Shown here one piece after another: positions 1 through 10,478 of a DNA stretch of 54,443 nt. Position 1 is the stretch's first letter. Every line of letters begins with the position of its first letter. Origin of the DNA: an uncultured Enterobacteriaceae bacterium (lineage in GTDB: Bacteria; Pseudomonadota; Gammaproteobacteria; Burkholderiales; SG8-39). The stretch lies in contig CAZVHU010000002.1 in assembly GCA_964627075.1 (NCBI GenBank), positions 1 through 54,443 on the forward strand, in the 5' to 3' direction. The notes below the pieces were generated by a model that ran no database searches, was not told the origin of the DNA, and saw nothing but the letters and a program-made list of their open reading frames with translations. Position numbers and translations under genes: made by a program.

Positions 1-275
1 ACGTGCTGCCCAACGTGATGGGGCCGGTGCTGGTGATCGCCACCATCCACATCGCGACCGCCATCATTACCGAGGCGACCCTTTCCTTCCTCGGCGTCGG
101 CGTGCCGCCGACCCGGCCGTCGCTCGGCACGCTGATCCGCGTCGGTAACGACTTCCTGTTCTCCGGCGAGTGGTGGATCACCGTGTTCCCGGGTGTCGCG
201 CTGGTGATGCTGGTGCTGTCGGTTAACCTGCTGGGTGACTGGCTGCGCGACGCCCTCAACCCGAAGCTGCGTTGA
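1..275 (+). CDS. ABC peptide-type transporter permease, C-terminal fragment (gene begins upstream of window)
   Basis: ORF 3..275 ends ...NLLGDWLRDALNPKLR, the typical DppC/OppC-family permease C-terminus. Two DppD/DppF-type ATPase genes follow. Confidence 0.8.
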   Translation, partial: VLPNVMGPVLVIATIHIATAIITEATLSFLGVGVPPTRPSLGTLIRVGNDFLFSGEWWITVFPGVALVMLVLSVNLLGDWLRDALNPKLR

Positions 276-276
276 G

Positions 277-1258
277 GTGTCTACGCAACCTGCGCCGCTG
301 CTCGAAGTGAAGGGCCTGCGGGTCGAGTTCCCGACCCGTCGCGGCACGCTGACCGCGGTCGACGGGATCTCCTTCGCCATCGCTCCCGGCGAGGTGCTCG
401 GCGTGGTCGGCGAGTCGGGCGCCGGAAAGTCGCTCACCGGCATGGCGGTGATCGGGCTGCTCGAGCCCCCGGGGCGCATCGCTGCGGGCGAAGTGCGGCT
501 CGAGGGCGAGCGCATCGACAACCTGCCCTACGAGCGCATGCGCCGGATCCGCGGCCGGCGCATCGGCGCGATCTTCCAGGATCCGCTCACCTCGCTCAAT
601 CCGCTGTACACGGTCGGCGAGCAGCTGGTGGAGACGATCCGCACGCACCTCGACGCGGACGCCGCCGGCGCGCGCGAGCGTGCCCTCGGCCTGCTGCGCG
701 AGGTCGGGATCCCCGCGCCCGAGGCGCGCATCGACCATTACCCGCACCAGTTCTCCGGCGGCATGCGCCAGCGCGTCGTGATCGCGCTCGCGCTGTGCGC
801 CGAGCCGCGGCTGGTGATCGCGGATGAACCCACCACCGCGCTCGATGTCTCGATCCAGGCGCAGATCATCCAGCTGCTCAAGCGCCTGGCGCGCGAGCGC
901 GGCACCGCGGTGATGCTGATCACGCACGACATGGGCGTGATCGCCGAGACCGCCGACCGCGTCGCGGTCATGTACGCGGGCCGCATCGCCGAGATCGGCC
1001 CGGTGCGAGAGGTGATCCACGCCCCGCGCCACCCTTACACCGTGGGACTCATGGGCTCGATCCCGAAGCTCGGCGTCGGCGCCGGCAAGCATCAAGCGCG
1101 CCTGGCGCAGATCGAGGGCGCGATGCCGCGCCTCAACGCCATCCCGCCGGGCTGCGCCTTCAACCCGCGCTGCCCGAAGCGCTTCGCGCGCTGCCTCACG
1201 GAGCGCCCCGAGCCGATCGCGAGCGGCACCAATCTCGCCGCTTGCTGGCTGTTCGCCA

Positions 1259-1266
<8 letters not shown>
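277..1266 (+). CDS. Peptide ABC transporter ATP-binding protein (DppD/OppD type)
   Basis: Walker A GESGAGKS, signature FSGGMRQR, Walker B LVIADEPTTALD and the C-terminal oligopeptide-ATPase Cys motif (CAFNPRCP). GTG at 277 chosen because the N-terminus then reads PLLEVKGLRVEF; GTG at 235 is an alternative. Confidence 0.9.
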
Positions 1267-2263
<997 letters not shown>

Positions 2264-2399
2264 CCGCCCGGATTCACTGGAGCTTTATCCCGGAGTACTG
2301 CCGTCAAATGTTGTAAGAGGCGGCGGCAGACTGCGTCCGCGCGCGCGTTCGGAGAAACAATTTCACGCCGGGTCGCTAAGCACTGGCCGGGAGGGGCAC

Positions 2400-4178
2400 T
2401 TGGCGGAGGAGCAGGGAATTCACGATCCGGCGATCGCGGAGGCGGTCGACCGGGTGATGCGCGAGGCAGGGCTGAATGAGCTCGTGCTCGGGCGCCTGGC
2501 GTCGCTCGGCCGCGCGATCCGCGAGCAGGCTCCGGGGCTGTTCACGGTGACGCCGCGCGAGGCGCCGCTCGAGCAGGCCGACCGCAGCTTCTTCCATCCG
2601 ATAGACGCCTCGGCGATGTCCGAGGCCCAGCGCGAGCTGTTCGGCGCGCTCACGCGCGGCAGGCTCGGCATGGCGCAGTTGCGCGCGCTCCTGGTGCGCT
2701 GGGCGGGCCAGGCCGACCCGCGCGAGCCGCTCGACCGGATGCGCTTCGACTGCATGCGCCTGCAGGAGATCCTGCGGCGAGGCGCGCTGCGCGTCTTCGG
2801 CATCGACCCGCCGCACTGCGACGAAATCCTCGAAGTGATCGAGCGCCTCGCCTGGCTGCAGCTCGGCGTCCTCGCCGCGCTGCCCAAGCAGCCGCCGCCG
2901 CTGCCGAGGGCAGCCGGGAAATCGGAGCCGCAGTTCGCCAGCTTCGCCGACCGGCTGCGCGCGCTGATCGCCGTGCAGCAACGCGCCACCGGCACCACGC
3001 TCGCTGTGCTGGTGATCGACTGCGGCGTGATCGAGCGCATTGACGCGGTGTGGGGCTTCCTCGCCGGCGAGTCCGCGCGCACGCGCGCGATCCAGCGGCT
3101 GAGGAACACGGTTCTGCGCGCCGGCGACGTGCTCTCGGAGTTCGGGCGCGACGACCTGATTTGCGTTCTGCCCGCCATCCCCGGTGCCGGCGTGGCGCAG
3201 CTCGCGGCCCACAAGATCATGCGCGTGCTTTCCACCGCGGTGCGCATCGACCAAGGCGAGATCGTGCCGCGGCCGGCGATCGGCATCGCCATCCACCCGG
3301 AGCACGGCGACAACCCCGCGCTGCTGCTGCAGCGCGCGAAGGTCGCCTGCCAGGCGGCGCACGAACGGCCGGAGCACATCGCGCAATACTCCGAGGCGCT
3401 CGAGCACACGCAGGCCGAATCGCTCGCCTACGAGTCGCGGCTGCGGGCCGCGCTCGACGAAGGGCAGCTCGACCTCGCCTTCCAGCCGCAGTTTCGCCTC
3501 GCCGACCGCCGCATCGTCGGCGTCGAGGGGCTGCTGCGCTGGAACGACGCCCGTCTCGGCGCGGTCGAGGCGAAGAAGGCGATCGCCATCGCCGAGTCGG
3601 CGAGCCTCATCAACGAGGTCTCGTGGTGGGTGCTGAATAATGCGCTGCGCAATTGCGCGGAATTCCGGGACCGCGGCCTCGACATCCCGATCAGCGTGAA
3701 CCTGTCGCCGCAGAACCTGCTGGAGCGCGACCTGCCCGACTTCGTCGACCGCGGCCTGCGCACCTGGGACCTGCCGCCGGACCGCCTGGTGCTCGAGATC
3801 ACCGAAAACGCGATGCTCTCGGCCGCGCCCGAGGTCACCGAGACGCTGGCGCGCCTCAAGGTCAGTGGCGTGCGCATCGCTCTGGACGATTTCGGCACCG
3901 GCTACTCGTCGATGGCCAACCTGTCGGCGATCCCGCTCGACGAGCTGAAGATCGACCGCGCCTTCGTGGGCGACCTGCACCTCAACGCGCAGCACGACCG
4001 CATCGTGCGCTCGCTCATCGGCCTGGGGCACAACCTCGGCCTGACCGTGGTGGCCGAGGGCGTCGAGCACGAGGCCGTGGCGCAGCGGCTCGCGGCACTC
4101 GAGTGCGACCGCATGCAGGGCTTCCACCCCTGCGCGCCGCTCGGCGCGCGCGAGTTTCTCGCGCGCTTCGCCGCCTGA
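2400..4178 (+). CDS. Signalling protein with degenerate GGDEF domain and apparently intact EAL phosphodiesterase domain
   Basis: The GGDEF position reads GRDDL. EAL-domain motifs are present: EGLLRWN, ISVNLSP, LVLEITEN, DDFGTGYSS, LKIDRAF, AEGVE, QG. The TTG start at 2400 follows GGGAGG; ATG at 2457 is an alternative. Confidence 0.85.
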   Translation: MAEEQGIHDPAIAEAVDRVMREAGLNELVLGRLASLGRAIREQAPGLFTVTPREAPLEQADRSFFHPIDASAMSEAQRELFGALTRGRLGMAQLRALLVRWAGQADPREPLDRMRFDCMRLQEILRRGALRVFGIDPPHCDEILEVIERLAWLQLGVLAALPKQPPPLPRAAGKSEPQFASFADRLRALIAVQQRATGTTLAVLVIDCGVIERIDAVWGFLAGESARTRAIQRLRNTVLRAGDVLSEFGRDDLICVLPAIPGAGVAQLAAHKIMRVLSTAVRIDQGEIVPRPAIGIAIHPEHGDNPALLLQRAKVACQAAHERPEHIAQYSEALEHTQAESLAYESRLRAALDEGQLDLAFQPQFRLADRRIVGVEGLLRWNDARLGAVEAKKAIAIAESASLINEVSWWVLNNALRNCAEFRDRGLDIPISVNLSPQNLLERDLPDFVDRGLRTWDLPPDRLVLEITENAMLSAAPEVTETLARLKVSGVRIALDDFGTGYSSMANLSAIPLDELKIDRAFVGDLHLNAQHDRIVRSLIGLGHNLGLTVVAEGVEHEAVAQRLAALECDRMQGFHPCAPLGAREFLARFAA

Positions 4179-4203
4179 GGCAGACGCGGTCGCCGCCAGC
4201 GCG

Positions 4204-6180
4204 CTATCTGCCGAACAGCCCCCGGATCTTGCTGCCGATCGTGGATGCGCCGCTGGCCGCGGCGCCGCCGACGCTCGCGCCCGACTTCGCGATCAGGTCG
4301 GTATAGTCCGGCGACACGTTCGGCTTGTCGAACGGGCCGGTGATCTTGACGGGTACCGTGACCCCGGCAAGGCTGGCAAGGTCCCGGCCGCCCTGCCCTT
4401 TGCTGGTGGCGACGAGCGACACCTTGGCCAGGTAGTCGAGCAGCGAGTTGCCGATGTCGATGTTGCCTGCGCCCGCGAGGCGCAGCGTCGGCGCCTTGCC
4501 GCTCAGGTCATCGTTGCGCGCCACGCCGTTCCTGATGTTGAAGCTCGCGGTGATCTCGGAGAAATCGGTGCGCTTGCTGCGATCCGCGCTGCGCGCGGAC
4601 TGCGAGCCAATCAATGCCCGCACGTCGGTGTATTTTTCCGTGAGGTTCACGCCCCGCCAGCCACCGTCGCGCAGCTCGACGCGGGCCGTGCCGCCGAGCG
4701 CGCGCTTCATCGCCGGCACCGTCGCGCCGGCCGTGGTCACGTCCATCGTGACATTGCCGCGGCCCTCCAGCCGGTCCTCGTCCATCGCGTCCTTGAGCAG
4801 GGGCGCGAGCTGCACGTTCTGCAGCGTTTCCCTCGCCGTCACGCGGTTGCCGTTGGCCTCCGCGGTGAGCGCGCCAGAGAGCGTGCCGCCATAAAGGCTC
4901 GCCGAGTGGGGCGACACCTCCAGCTTGCCGCCGGCGAGCTTCACCTCGGCCTTGACGTTGGCGAGCTTGATGCGATTCACGGTGAGGGCACCGAACTCCG
5001 CCTTCCCGGTCACCGTCTGGCCCTTCAGCGCCGACAGGTCGATGCGATCGTCCCTCTTCGCCGCCTGCTTGGGCGGCATGTAGCGGTCGAGGTTCAGGCG
5101 GTCGACGTTGAGGTCGAACGACGCGACGAGCGGGTCGAGGCTCTTCGCATCCAGGCTCGCCTTGATGGTGGACTCGTCCACCCTGCCCGAAAGGCTCGCG
5201 GCAAGCGCGCGCCTCACCAGGTCCGCCTTCAGCGCCGCCTCGACCTTGGCCTTGATCGTGCGCCCGGCCGCGGCGGCGTCGATCTCGATCGCAAGGCTCG
5301 GGACCGAGAGCGCCGCGGCATTGCCTTCGACCGCGGCGATCCTGAGCTTCGCGTCCACGTTGCGCTGCGGCCCGCGCACCTGCAGCGACGCGGTGACTGC
5401 CGACCCCGCCGCCCTTGCCGGCGTGATCTCCAGCTTCGGCGCCGCGAGCTCCGCCGCCAGCGTGTCGCGGTCGATGCGACCTTTCACCTGCGCGGCGAAA
5501 TCGTCGAAGGCGAGCTCCTGGCGCCCGAGCTTGAAGCGCATCGCGCCGCCCGCCTGCGCGCGCAGGTCCACGTCGGGCCGCTTGCCGGTGGCGCGCGCCG
5601 ACACCGACACCGGGCCGGGCGTGTCGCCGTCGAGCTTGCCCGCCTTGACGTTGATGTCGGTAACGCTCACTTCCTGGCTGGTCGCCTCGTCGCGGAAATT
5701 GACCTGCGCGCGCTCGACGTTCATGCCGGCGATCGTCAGCTTCGGCGGGCCGCGGCCGGAATCCCTTTCCGCCGCACGCTCGCCCTTCGCGCCCGCAAGG
5801 TCGTCGTAATTCATGCTGCCGTCCTTGCGCCGCACGAGATTCGCCTTGAGCCCCGCCACGTTGAGCGTCTCGATCGCGATCGCGCCGCCGAGCAGCGGCA
5901 TCGTGCGCACCGCGACCTCGGCCGAGTCGAGAGACACGAACGGCCGGTCGCTGCCGGGCTCCGAGAGGGTGAGCTTTCCCAGGCTCAGGCCCGCCACCGG
6001 GTACAGGCGCAGCTTGGGTTCGCCCTGGATGACGAGCGTGCGGTTTTTTTCCTTCATCGCGCGCTCGAGGCGCGCCTTGACGAAGGCGCCGTCCACCACC
6101 AAGAGGGCGATCGCCACCGCCACCACCAGCAGCCCCGCGAGGCCGCCCACTGCGTAGAGCAGGTAACGCAGCGCCTTCAC
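4204..6180 (-). CDS. asmA: AsmA family outer-membrane biogenesis protein
   Basis: N-terminal membrane anchor MKALRYLLYAVGGLAGLLVVAVAIALLVV followed by a long repetitive beta-rich periplasmic region typical of AsmA. GTGA overlap with the upstream gene. Confidence 0.8.
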   Translation of the reverse strand: MKALRYLLYAVGGLAGLLVVAVAIALLVVDGAFVKARLERAMKEKNRTLVIQGEPKLRLYPVAGLSLGKLTLSEPGSDRPFVSLDSAEVAVRTMPLLGGAIAIETLNVAGLKANLVRRKDGSMNYDDLAGAKGERAAERDSGRGPPKLTIAGMNVERAQVNFRDEATSQEVSVTDINVKAGKLDGDTPGPVSVSARATGKRPDVDLRAQAGGAMRFKLGRQELAFDDFAAQVKGRIDRDTLAAELAAPKLEITPARAAGSAVTASLQVRGPQRNVDAKLRIAAVEGNAAALSVPSLAIEIDAAAAGRTIKAKVEAALKADLVRRALAASLSGRVDESTIKASLDAKSLDPLVASFDLNVDRLNLDRYMPPKQAAKRDDRIDLSALKGQTVTGKAEFGALTVNRIKLANVKAEVKLAGGKLEVSPHSASLYGGTLSGALTAEANGNRVTARETLQNVQLAPLLKDAMDEDRLEGRGNVTMDVTTAGATVPAMKRALGGTARVELRDGGWRGVNLTEKYTDVRALIGSQSARSADRSKRTDFSEITASFNIRNGVARNDDLSGKAPTLRLAGAGNIDIGNSLLDYLAKVSLVATSKGQGGRDLASLAGVTVPVKITGPFDKPNVSPDYTDLIAKSGASVGGAAASGASTIGSKIRGLFGR

Positions 6181-7094
6181 GATGCCTTTCTCCCGACGTT
6201 GGCGACGCCGAACGGCACGTGCCCGGTGGCGACATGCTTCTGCGCCGACTCGACGTGGCCGCGCTGGTCGTCGAAATAGAAATCCGGCTCGAAAGCCTTG
6301 AGGAACTCGCCCTTGTCCAGGCCGCCGAGGAACATCGCCTCGTCAACCGCGATGTTCCAGTCCATGAGCGTGCGCACCGCGCGTTCGTGCGCCGGCGCGC
6401 TGCGCGCCGTGACGAGCGCGGTGCGGATGCGCACCGGCACCTCGGTGCCCGCGGCCGCCTGCAGGCGGTGCAGCGCCTCGAGCAGCGGCTTGAACGGGCC
6501 CGGCGGCAGGGGCTTGAGCGCATGCACCGTCTCGTGGCGGGTGAACGCCTCCAGCCCCTCGCGCTGGTAGATGTGCTCGGCCTCGTCCGAAAAAAGTACT
6601 GCGTCGCCGTCGAACGCGATGCGCACCTCGTCGCCGTGCCGCCCCGCGGCCTGGGCGGACTCCGGCACCACGCGCGCGGCGGGAAAGCGCGCGTCGAGCG
6701 CGCTCATCACGTCGTGCTCGTTGGCGGAGAGGAAGAGATTCGCCTTCAGCGCGTCCAGGTAGCGGTAGGGCGAGCGCCCTCGCGTGAACACGCCGCGCTC
6801 GAGCCTGAGGCCGGCGCGCTCGGCCGAGCGGAACACCCTCAGGCCCGAGACCGGGTCGTTCTTGGACAGGATCACCACCTCGACACGCTGCGCCTGCGGC
6901 GTGTTGAACGCCAGGAGCTTTTTCACCAGCTGGAAGGCGACGCCTTCCTTGGCGGGCACGTCCAGCCGCGCGAACTGCAGCGCGATGTACGCCGCCTCGC
7001 CGTCGCGCTCGAAGACGCGGTTCTCCTCCTCGAAGTCGAACAGCGCCCGCGAGGAGATCGCCACCACCAGCTTGCCTTCGACGGTGTAGGGCAT
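6177..7094 (-). CDS. 5'-nucleotidase family protein (bacterial cytosolic 5'-NT-like)
   Basis: N-terminus MPYTVEGKLVVAISSRALFDFEEENRVF... matches my memory of the bacterial 5'-nucleotidase family. Start taken at the internal ATG rather than the longest ORF. Confidence 0.7.
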   Translation of the reverse strand: MPYTVEGKLVVAISSRALFDFEEENRVFERDGEAAYIALQFARLDVPAKEGVAFQLVKKLLAFNTPQAQRVEVVILSKNDPVSGLRVFRSAERAGLRLERGVFTRGRSPYRYLDALKANLFLSANEHDVMSALDARFPAARVVPESAQAAGRHGDEVRIAFDGDAVLFSDEAEHIYQREGLEAFTRHETVHALKPLPPGPFKPLLEALHRLQAAAGTEVPVRIRTALVTARSAPAHERAVRTLMDWNIAVDEAMFLGGLDKGEFLKAFEPDFYFDDQRGHVESAQKHVATGHVPFGVANVGRKAS

Positions 7095-7214
7095 TCGAGC
7101 CCCGATTTTACGTTCCCTGGCGCCAGTTTGACTTATGTCATCCTCCGGCATCCCTGACCGCCTATGTTCCGCTGTTGGGCACGTACCGCACCTAACCAGT
7201 CAAAGGAGACCGCC

Positions 7215-7772
7215 GTGAAAGCTCGCAATCTTCTCGTCCTCGGCGCAGCGTTGATGTCGTTCATCGCCGCCGGTCCGGGGCTCGCCCAGGACAAGGCCAA
7301 GAAGCAGGCCGAGATCAAGGCCAGGGCCACCCAGACGCTCGAAGAGTTCTACAAGGCCGAGCCCAAGCTGAAGGCGGACATTGCCAAGGCCCCTGGCTAT
7401 GCCGTGTTCACGACCTACGGCTTCTCCTTCCTCCTTGGCGGATCGGGCGGCAAGGGTGTTGCACACGACAACAAGACGAACAAGGACACCATCATGGACA
7501 TGGGGCAGGCGAGCGCCGGCCTGCAGATTGGCGCCTCCGAAACGAGGTATCTCTTTGTCTTCAAGGACGCGAAGTCGATGGCCCATTTCGTGGAAAAGGG
7601 CTGGGACGCCTCGCTCGGCGGTGGCGTCGCCGGCGGCACCGGCGAGAAGACCGCGGGCAAGGGCGAAGGCACCTTCACCGGCGGCAACTTCTACGCGCTG
7701 ACCAAGGCCGGTTTCCAGGCGGGCGCGGCACTTGCCGGCACGAAGGTCTGGAAGGACAAGGAACTGAACTAG
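7215..7772 (+). CDS. Secreted SYLF (YSC84-like/DUF500) lipid-binding domain protein
   Basis: Signal peptide VKARNLLVLGAALMSFIAAGPGLA. Gly-rich SYLF-type blocks (GYAVFTTYGFSFLLGGSGGKGV, AGLQIGA, LTKAGFQAGAALAG). The GTG start is preceded by AAGGAG. Confidence 0.6.
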   Translation: MKARNLLVLGAALMSFIAAGPGLAQDKAKKQAEIKARATQTLEEFYKAEPKLKADIAKAPGYAVFTTYGFSFLLGGSGGKGVAHDNKTNKDTIMDMGQASAGLQIGASETRYLFVFKDAKSMAHFVEKGWDASLGGGVAGGTGEKTAGKGEGTFTGGNFYALTKAGFQAGAALAGTKVWKDKELN

Positions 7773-7811
7773 CCGCGTTCGAATCGCGTCGGGCGCACGC
7801 CCGCATCCGGA

Positions 7812-7837
7812 GGCCGGCCTTGCCGGCCTTTTTTCTT
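7812..7837 (+). terminator. Rho-independent terminator after the SYLF gene
   Basis: GGCCGGC-CTT-GCCGGCC hairpin followed directly by TTTTTTCTT. Confidence 0.75.
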
Positions 7838-7866
7838 GCGCTGCTGGGGCCCCCAAGGCGCGGGAC

Positions 7867-7940
7867 TGGAGCGGGTGAAGGGAATCGAACCCTCGTATGC
7901 AGCTTGGGAAGCTGCCGTTCTGCCATTGAACTACACCCGC
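7867..7940 (-). tRNA. tRNA-Gly (anticodon CCC)
   Basis: The reverse complement reads GCGGGTGTAGTTCAATGG...GCAGCTTCCCAAGCTGC...GGTTCGATTCCCTTCACCCGCTCCA. It has cloverleaf arms, anticodon loop TTCCCAA and an encoded CCA. Confidence 0.9.
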
Positions 7941-7961
7941 TATTCAGGCAGATTCTAAGGC

Positions 7962-8957
7962 ATGGATCGGCGGTGCATACTCCTCGGGGCGCTCGCGCTC
8001 GGCGTCGCGAGCCCGCTGCGCGCTCGCGCGCAGGCACCGAAGCCCGCGCCGGGGACAAAGCGCATTGGCTTGCTGGTCACGGGTTGGGAGTCGACCCGCG
8101 GCCATCTCGATCGTGCGCTGACCGAGGCGCTGCGCGAGCAAGGCTACGTCGAGGGCCGCAATCTCGTCATCGAGCGGCGCTACGCGGACGGCGACCCTGC
8201 CCGCATGCGCGAGATGGCGCGCGCGCTTGAAGAGCTCAAGCTCGACGCGGTGGTGACCACCTGCACGCCGTCCACCCGCGCGATGAAGGCGCAGTCTGCG
8301 ACCACGCCGATCGTGATGGCTTCGGTGTCGGATCCCGTCGGGCAAGGCCTGATCGCGAGCCTTGCGAGGCCCGGCGGCAACATCACCGGAACCTCGAGCC
8401 AGGCCGAGGACCTCCTCCCGAAGATGATCGAATATTTCTCCGCGGTGCTGCCGCGCGAGGCCTCCGTGGCGGTGCTCGCGGATCGGCGCAACGCGGTGCA
8501 CACGCGCCTCTGGGAGCTGATGCTCAAGCCTGGCGCGGCGGCCAGCCTCGAGCTCATGCGCTACGAAATCGGCGGCGCAGGCGAGATCGTCGGCGCGATC
8601 GACCGCGCAGCGGGCGACGGGGCGCGCGGACTGTTCGTGCTTCCGGACCACCCCGTGTTCATGGACCATCGCGCACCCATCGTCGCCGCCGCGAACCGGC
8701 ACCGCATCCCCGGGATTTATTGGGCGCGCGAATTCGTGGAGGCGGGAGGCCTGATGAGCTACGGCGAGAACTTGGCCGGCGGCTGGCAGCGGTCCGCAGG
8801 CTACGTCGGGCGCGTGATGCGCGGAGCGAAACCGGCCGAGCTGCCCGTCGCCCAGCCGACCGTGTTCGAGCTGGCAATCAACCTTGGCGCCGCGAAGGCG
8901 CTCGGCGTCACCGTTCCGCAGTCCCTGCTCGCGCGCGCCGACCGCGTGATCGAATGA
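7962..8957 (+). CDS. Orphan ABC transporter substrate-binding protein (ABC_sub_bind type)
   Basis: Signal peptide, then KRIGLLVTG...YVEGRNLVIERRYADGD...LKLDAVVT...PIVMASVSDPVGQGLIASLARPGGNITG, characteristic of this SBP family. No permease or ATPase lies adjacent. Confidence 0.75.
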   Translation: MDRRCILLGALALGVASPLRARAQAPKPAPGTKRIGLLVTGWESTRGHLDRALTEALREQGYVEGRNLVIERRYADGDPARMREMARALEELKLDAVVTTCTPSTRAMKAQSATTPIVMASVSDPVGQGLIASLARPGGNITGTSSQAEDLLPKMIEYFSAVLPREASVAVLADRRNAVHTRLWELMLKPGAAASLELMRYEIGGAGEIVGAIDRAAGDGARGLFVLPDHPVFMDHRAPIVAAANRHRIPGIYWAREFVEAGGLMSYGENLAGGWQRSAGYVGRVMRGAKPAELPVAQPTVFELAINLGAAKALGVTVPQSLLARADRVIE

Positions 8958-8979
8958 TCGCGCGAGACGCTTTGCGGGC

Positions 8980-10425
8980 GTGAGGCGCACCGCCACGGTG
9001 GCCGGCGCCGCATCGCCGCGCGCCGTGCTTCGCTTGCCCGGCGGCGTGCAGGTGGTGGTGCCGGACTCGCTCGAGCTGATCACTCCCTACGTGCTGCGCG
9101 AGCAGGGCGACTGGTTCGAGGACGAGCTGCGCTTTGCACGCAAGGTGATCCGCGCCGGCGACAGGGCGGTCGACGTCGGAGCGAACTACGGCGTCTACGC
9201 ACTGTCGCTCGCCGCCGCCGCGGGCGACCAGGGCGCGGTCTGGGCGTTCGAGCCCGCTGCCGCCACCGCGGGCTTCCTGCGCGAAAGCATCGAGCGCAAC
9301 GGGTTCCGCTCGGTCACGCTCGATGGCGCGGCGCTTTCCGATCGCACGGGCACTGCCCGCCTCGCCGCGGGCTCGCAAGCGGAGCTCAACCGGCTCGCGG
9401 GGCCTAACGACGCCGCGGGCGAGCTGGTGCCCCTCAAGACGCTCGACCAGTGCATGGCCGACTACGGCTGGAGCGAGATCGCGCTGCTCAAGCTGGACGC
9501 CGAGGGCGAGGAAGCGCGCATCGTCCGCGGCGGCGCGAGATTTATCGCCGCGCAATCGCCGCTCGTCGTGTTCGAGCGCAAGCACGACGGCGGCGACGAA
9601 AGCGAAGCCGCCAGCGCGCTCACCGCACAGGGCTACAGCATCTACCGCCTGGTTCCCGGGATGGGCCTGCTGGTGCCCGCGGATGCCACGCCAGGCGTGG
9701 ACGCCTCCACCCTCAACCTGCTCGCCTGCAAGCCCGACCGCGCCGCGCACCTCGCCGAGCGCGGGCTGCTGGTGAGCGCAGCGGCGCTGCGTTCGGCGAC
9801 GCCGGTCCCGGCCGCCGACTACTCCATGACCTTTCTCGGGCGAATGCCCTACGCGGCGCGACTCGGCGACTCGTGGCGTCGCGCGCGCGCCGATCTTCCC
9901 GCCGGGGCCGAATCGAATATCCGCGGCATCGCGCTGTACGCCGCATCCCGCGACGCACGTCTCGATTCCGCGGCGCGGTTCGCATGCCTTACCCAAGCGT
10001 TCGCGGCGCTCGGCGAGGCCTGCGCGCGCGCCGCGTCGCCGTCGCGCCTGAGCTCGCTCGCGCGCGTCGCCTGGGAGCTCGGCCAGAGGAGCGCGTGCCG
10101 CGAGGCGCTGGGCCGGATCGTGAGCAGCGCGCAAAAGGGCGGCGGCCTGGACTTGGGCGAGCCGTTTCTCCCGGCCCATGCCCGCTTCGAGGCGCTCGAT
10201 CCGGCCCGGACCGACACATGGTTCCTCGCAGCCGCGATCGAGCAGTTCGAGCGGGCGCGCCATTACTCGTCCTATTACACCGGCGACTCCGCGCTGGCGC
10301 TCATCGACTGGCTGGGCAGGCTCGGCTACGCGAGCCCGGAGATGGATGCGCGCCGCCGCGTCGTCGCCGCGCGTGCGGAGGCCCGGCGCGCGGGTCAGCG
10401 CAGTTCCGGAACGACCGATGCGTGA
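8980..10425 (+). CDS. FkbM-family SAM-dependent methyltransferase with a ~230-aa uncharacterised helical C-terminal extension
   Basis: VDVGANYGVYALSLA...FEP...KLDAEGEE motifs of FkbM methyltransferases in the N-terminal half. The C-terminal half has no motif I recognise. Confidence 0.75.
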   Translation: MRRTATVAGAASPRAVLRLPGGVQVVVPDSLELITPYVLREQGDWFEDELRFARKVIRAGDRAVDVGANYGVYALSLAAAAGDQGAVWAFEPAAATAGFLRESIERNGFRSVTLDGAALSDRTGTARLAAGSQAELNRLAGPNDAAGELVPLKTLDQCMADYGWSEIALLKLDAEGEEARIVRGGARFIAAQSPLVVFERKHDGGDESEAASALTAQGYSIYRLVPGMGLLVPADATPGVDASTLNLLACKPDRAAHLAERGLLVSAAALRSATPVPAADYSMTFLGRMPYAARLGDSWRRARADLPAGAESNIRGIALYAASRDARLDSAARFACLTQAFAALGEACARAASPSRLSSLARVAWELGQRSACREALGRIVSSAQKGGGLDLGEPFLPAHARFEALDPARTDTWFLAAAIEQFERARHYSSYYTGDSALALIDWLGRLGYASPEMDARRRVVAARAEARRAGQRSSGTTDA

Positions 10426-10478
10426 CGGCGATACTTGCCTGCGCAGCGCCGACCGAAAGACGTAGAATCGCCTTCTTA

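Noticed and set aside
7820-8230. 136-aa plus-strand ORF.
   Set aside because: It begins inside the terminator hairpin, runs across tRNA-Gly and overlaps the well-supported solute-binding protein gene out of frame.
10427-10440. GATACTTGC read as the -12 TTGC element of a sigma-54 promoter, or as a sigma-E-like GAACTT -35.
   Set aside because: The upstream GG is 10-11 nt from the GC instead of 12. No TCnnA-type -10 follows at 16 nt in any copy.
9450-10478. 343-codon upstream extension of the adenylate cyclase ORF.
   Set aside because: It overlaps the FkbM methyltransferase gene in another frame and translates to Arg/Ala-rich nonsense. The cyclase domain begins right after ATG 10479.
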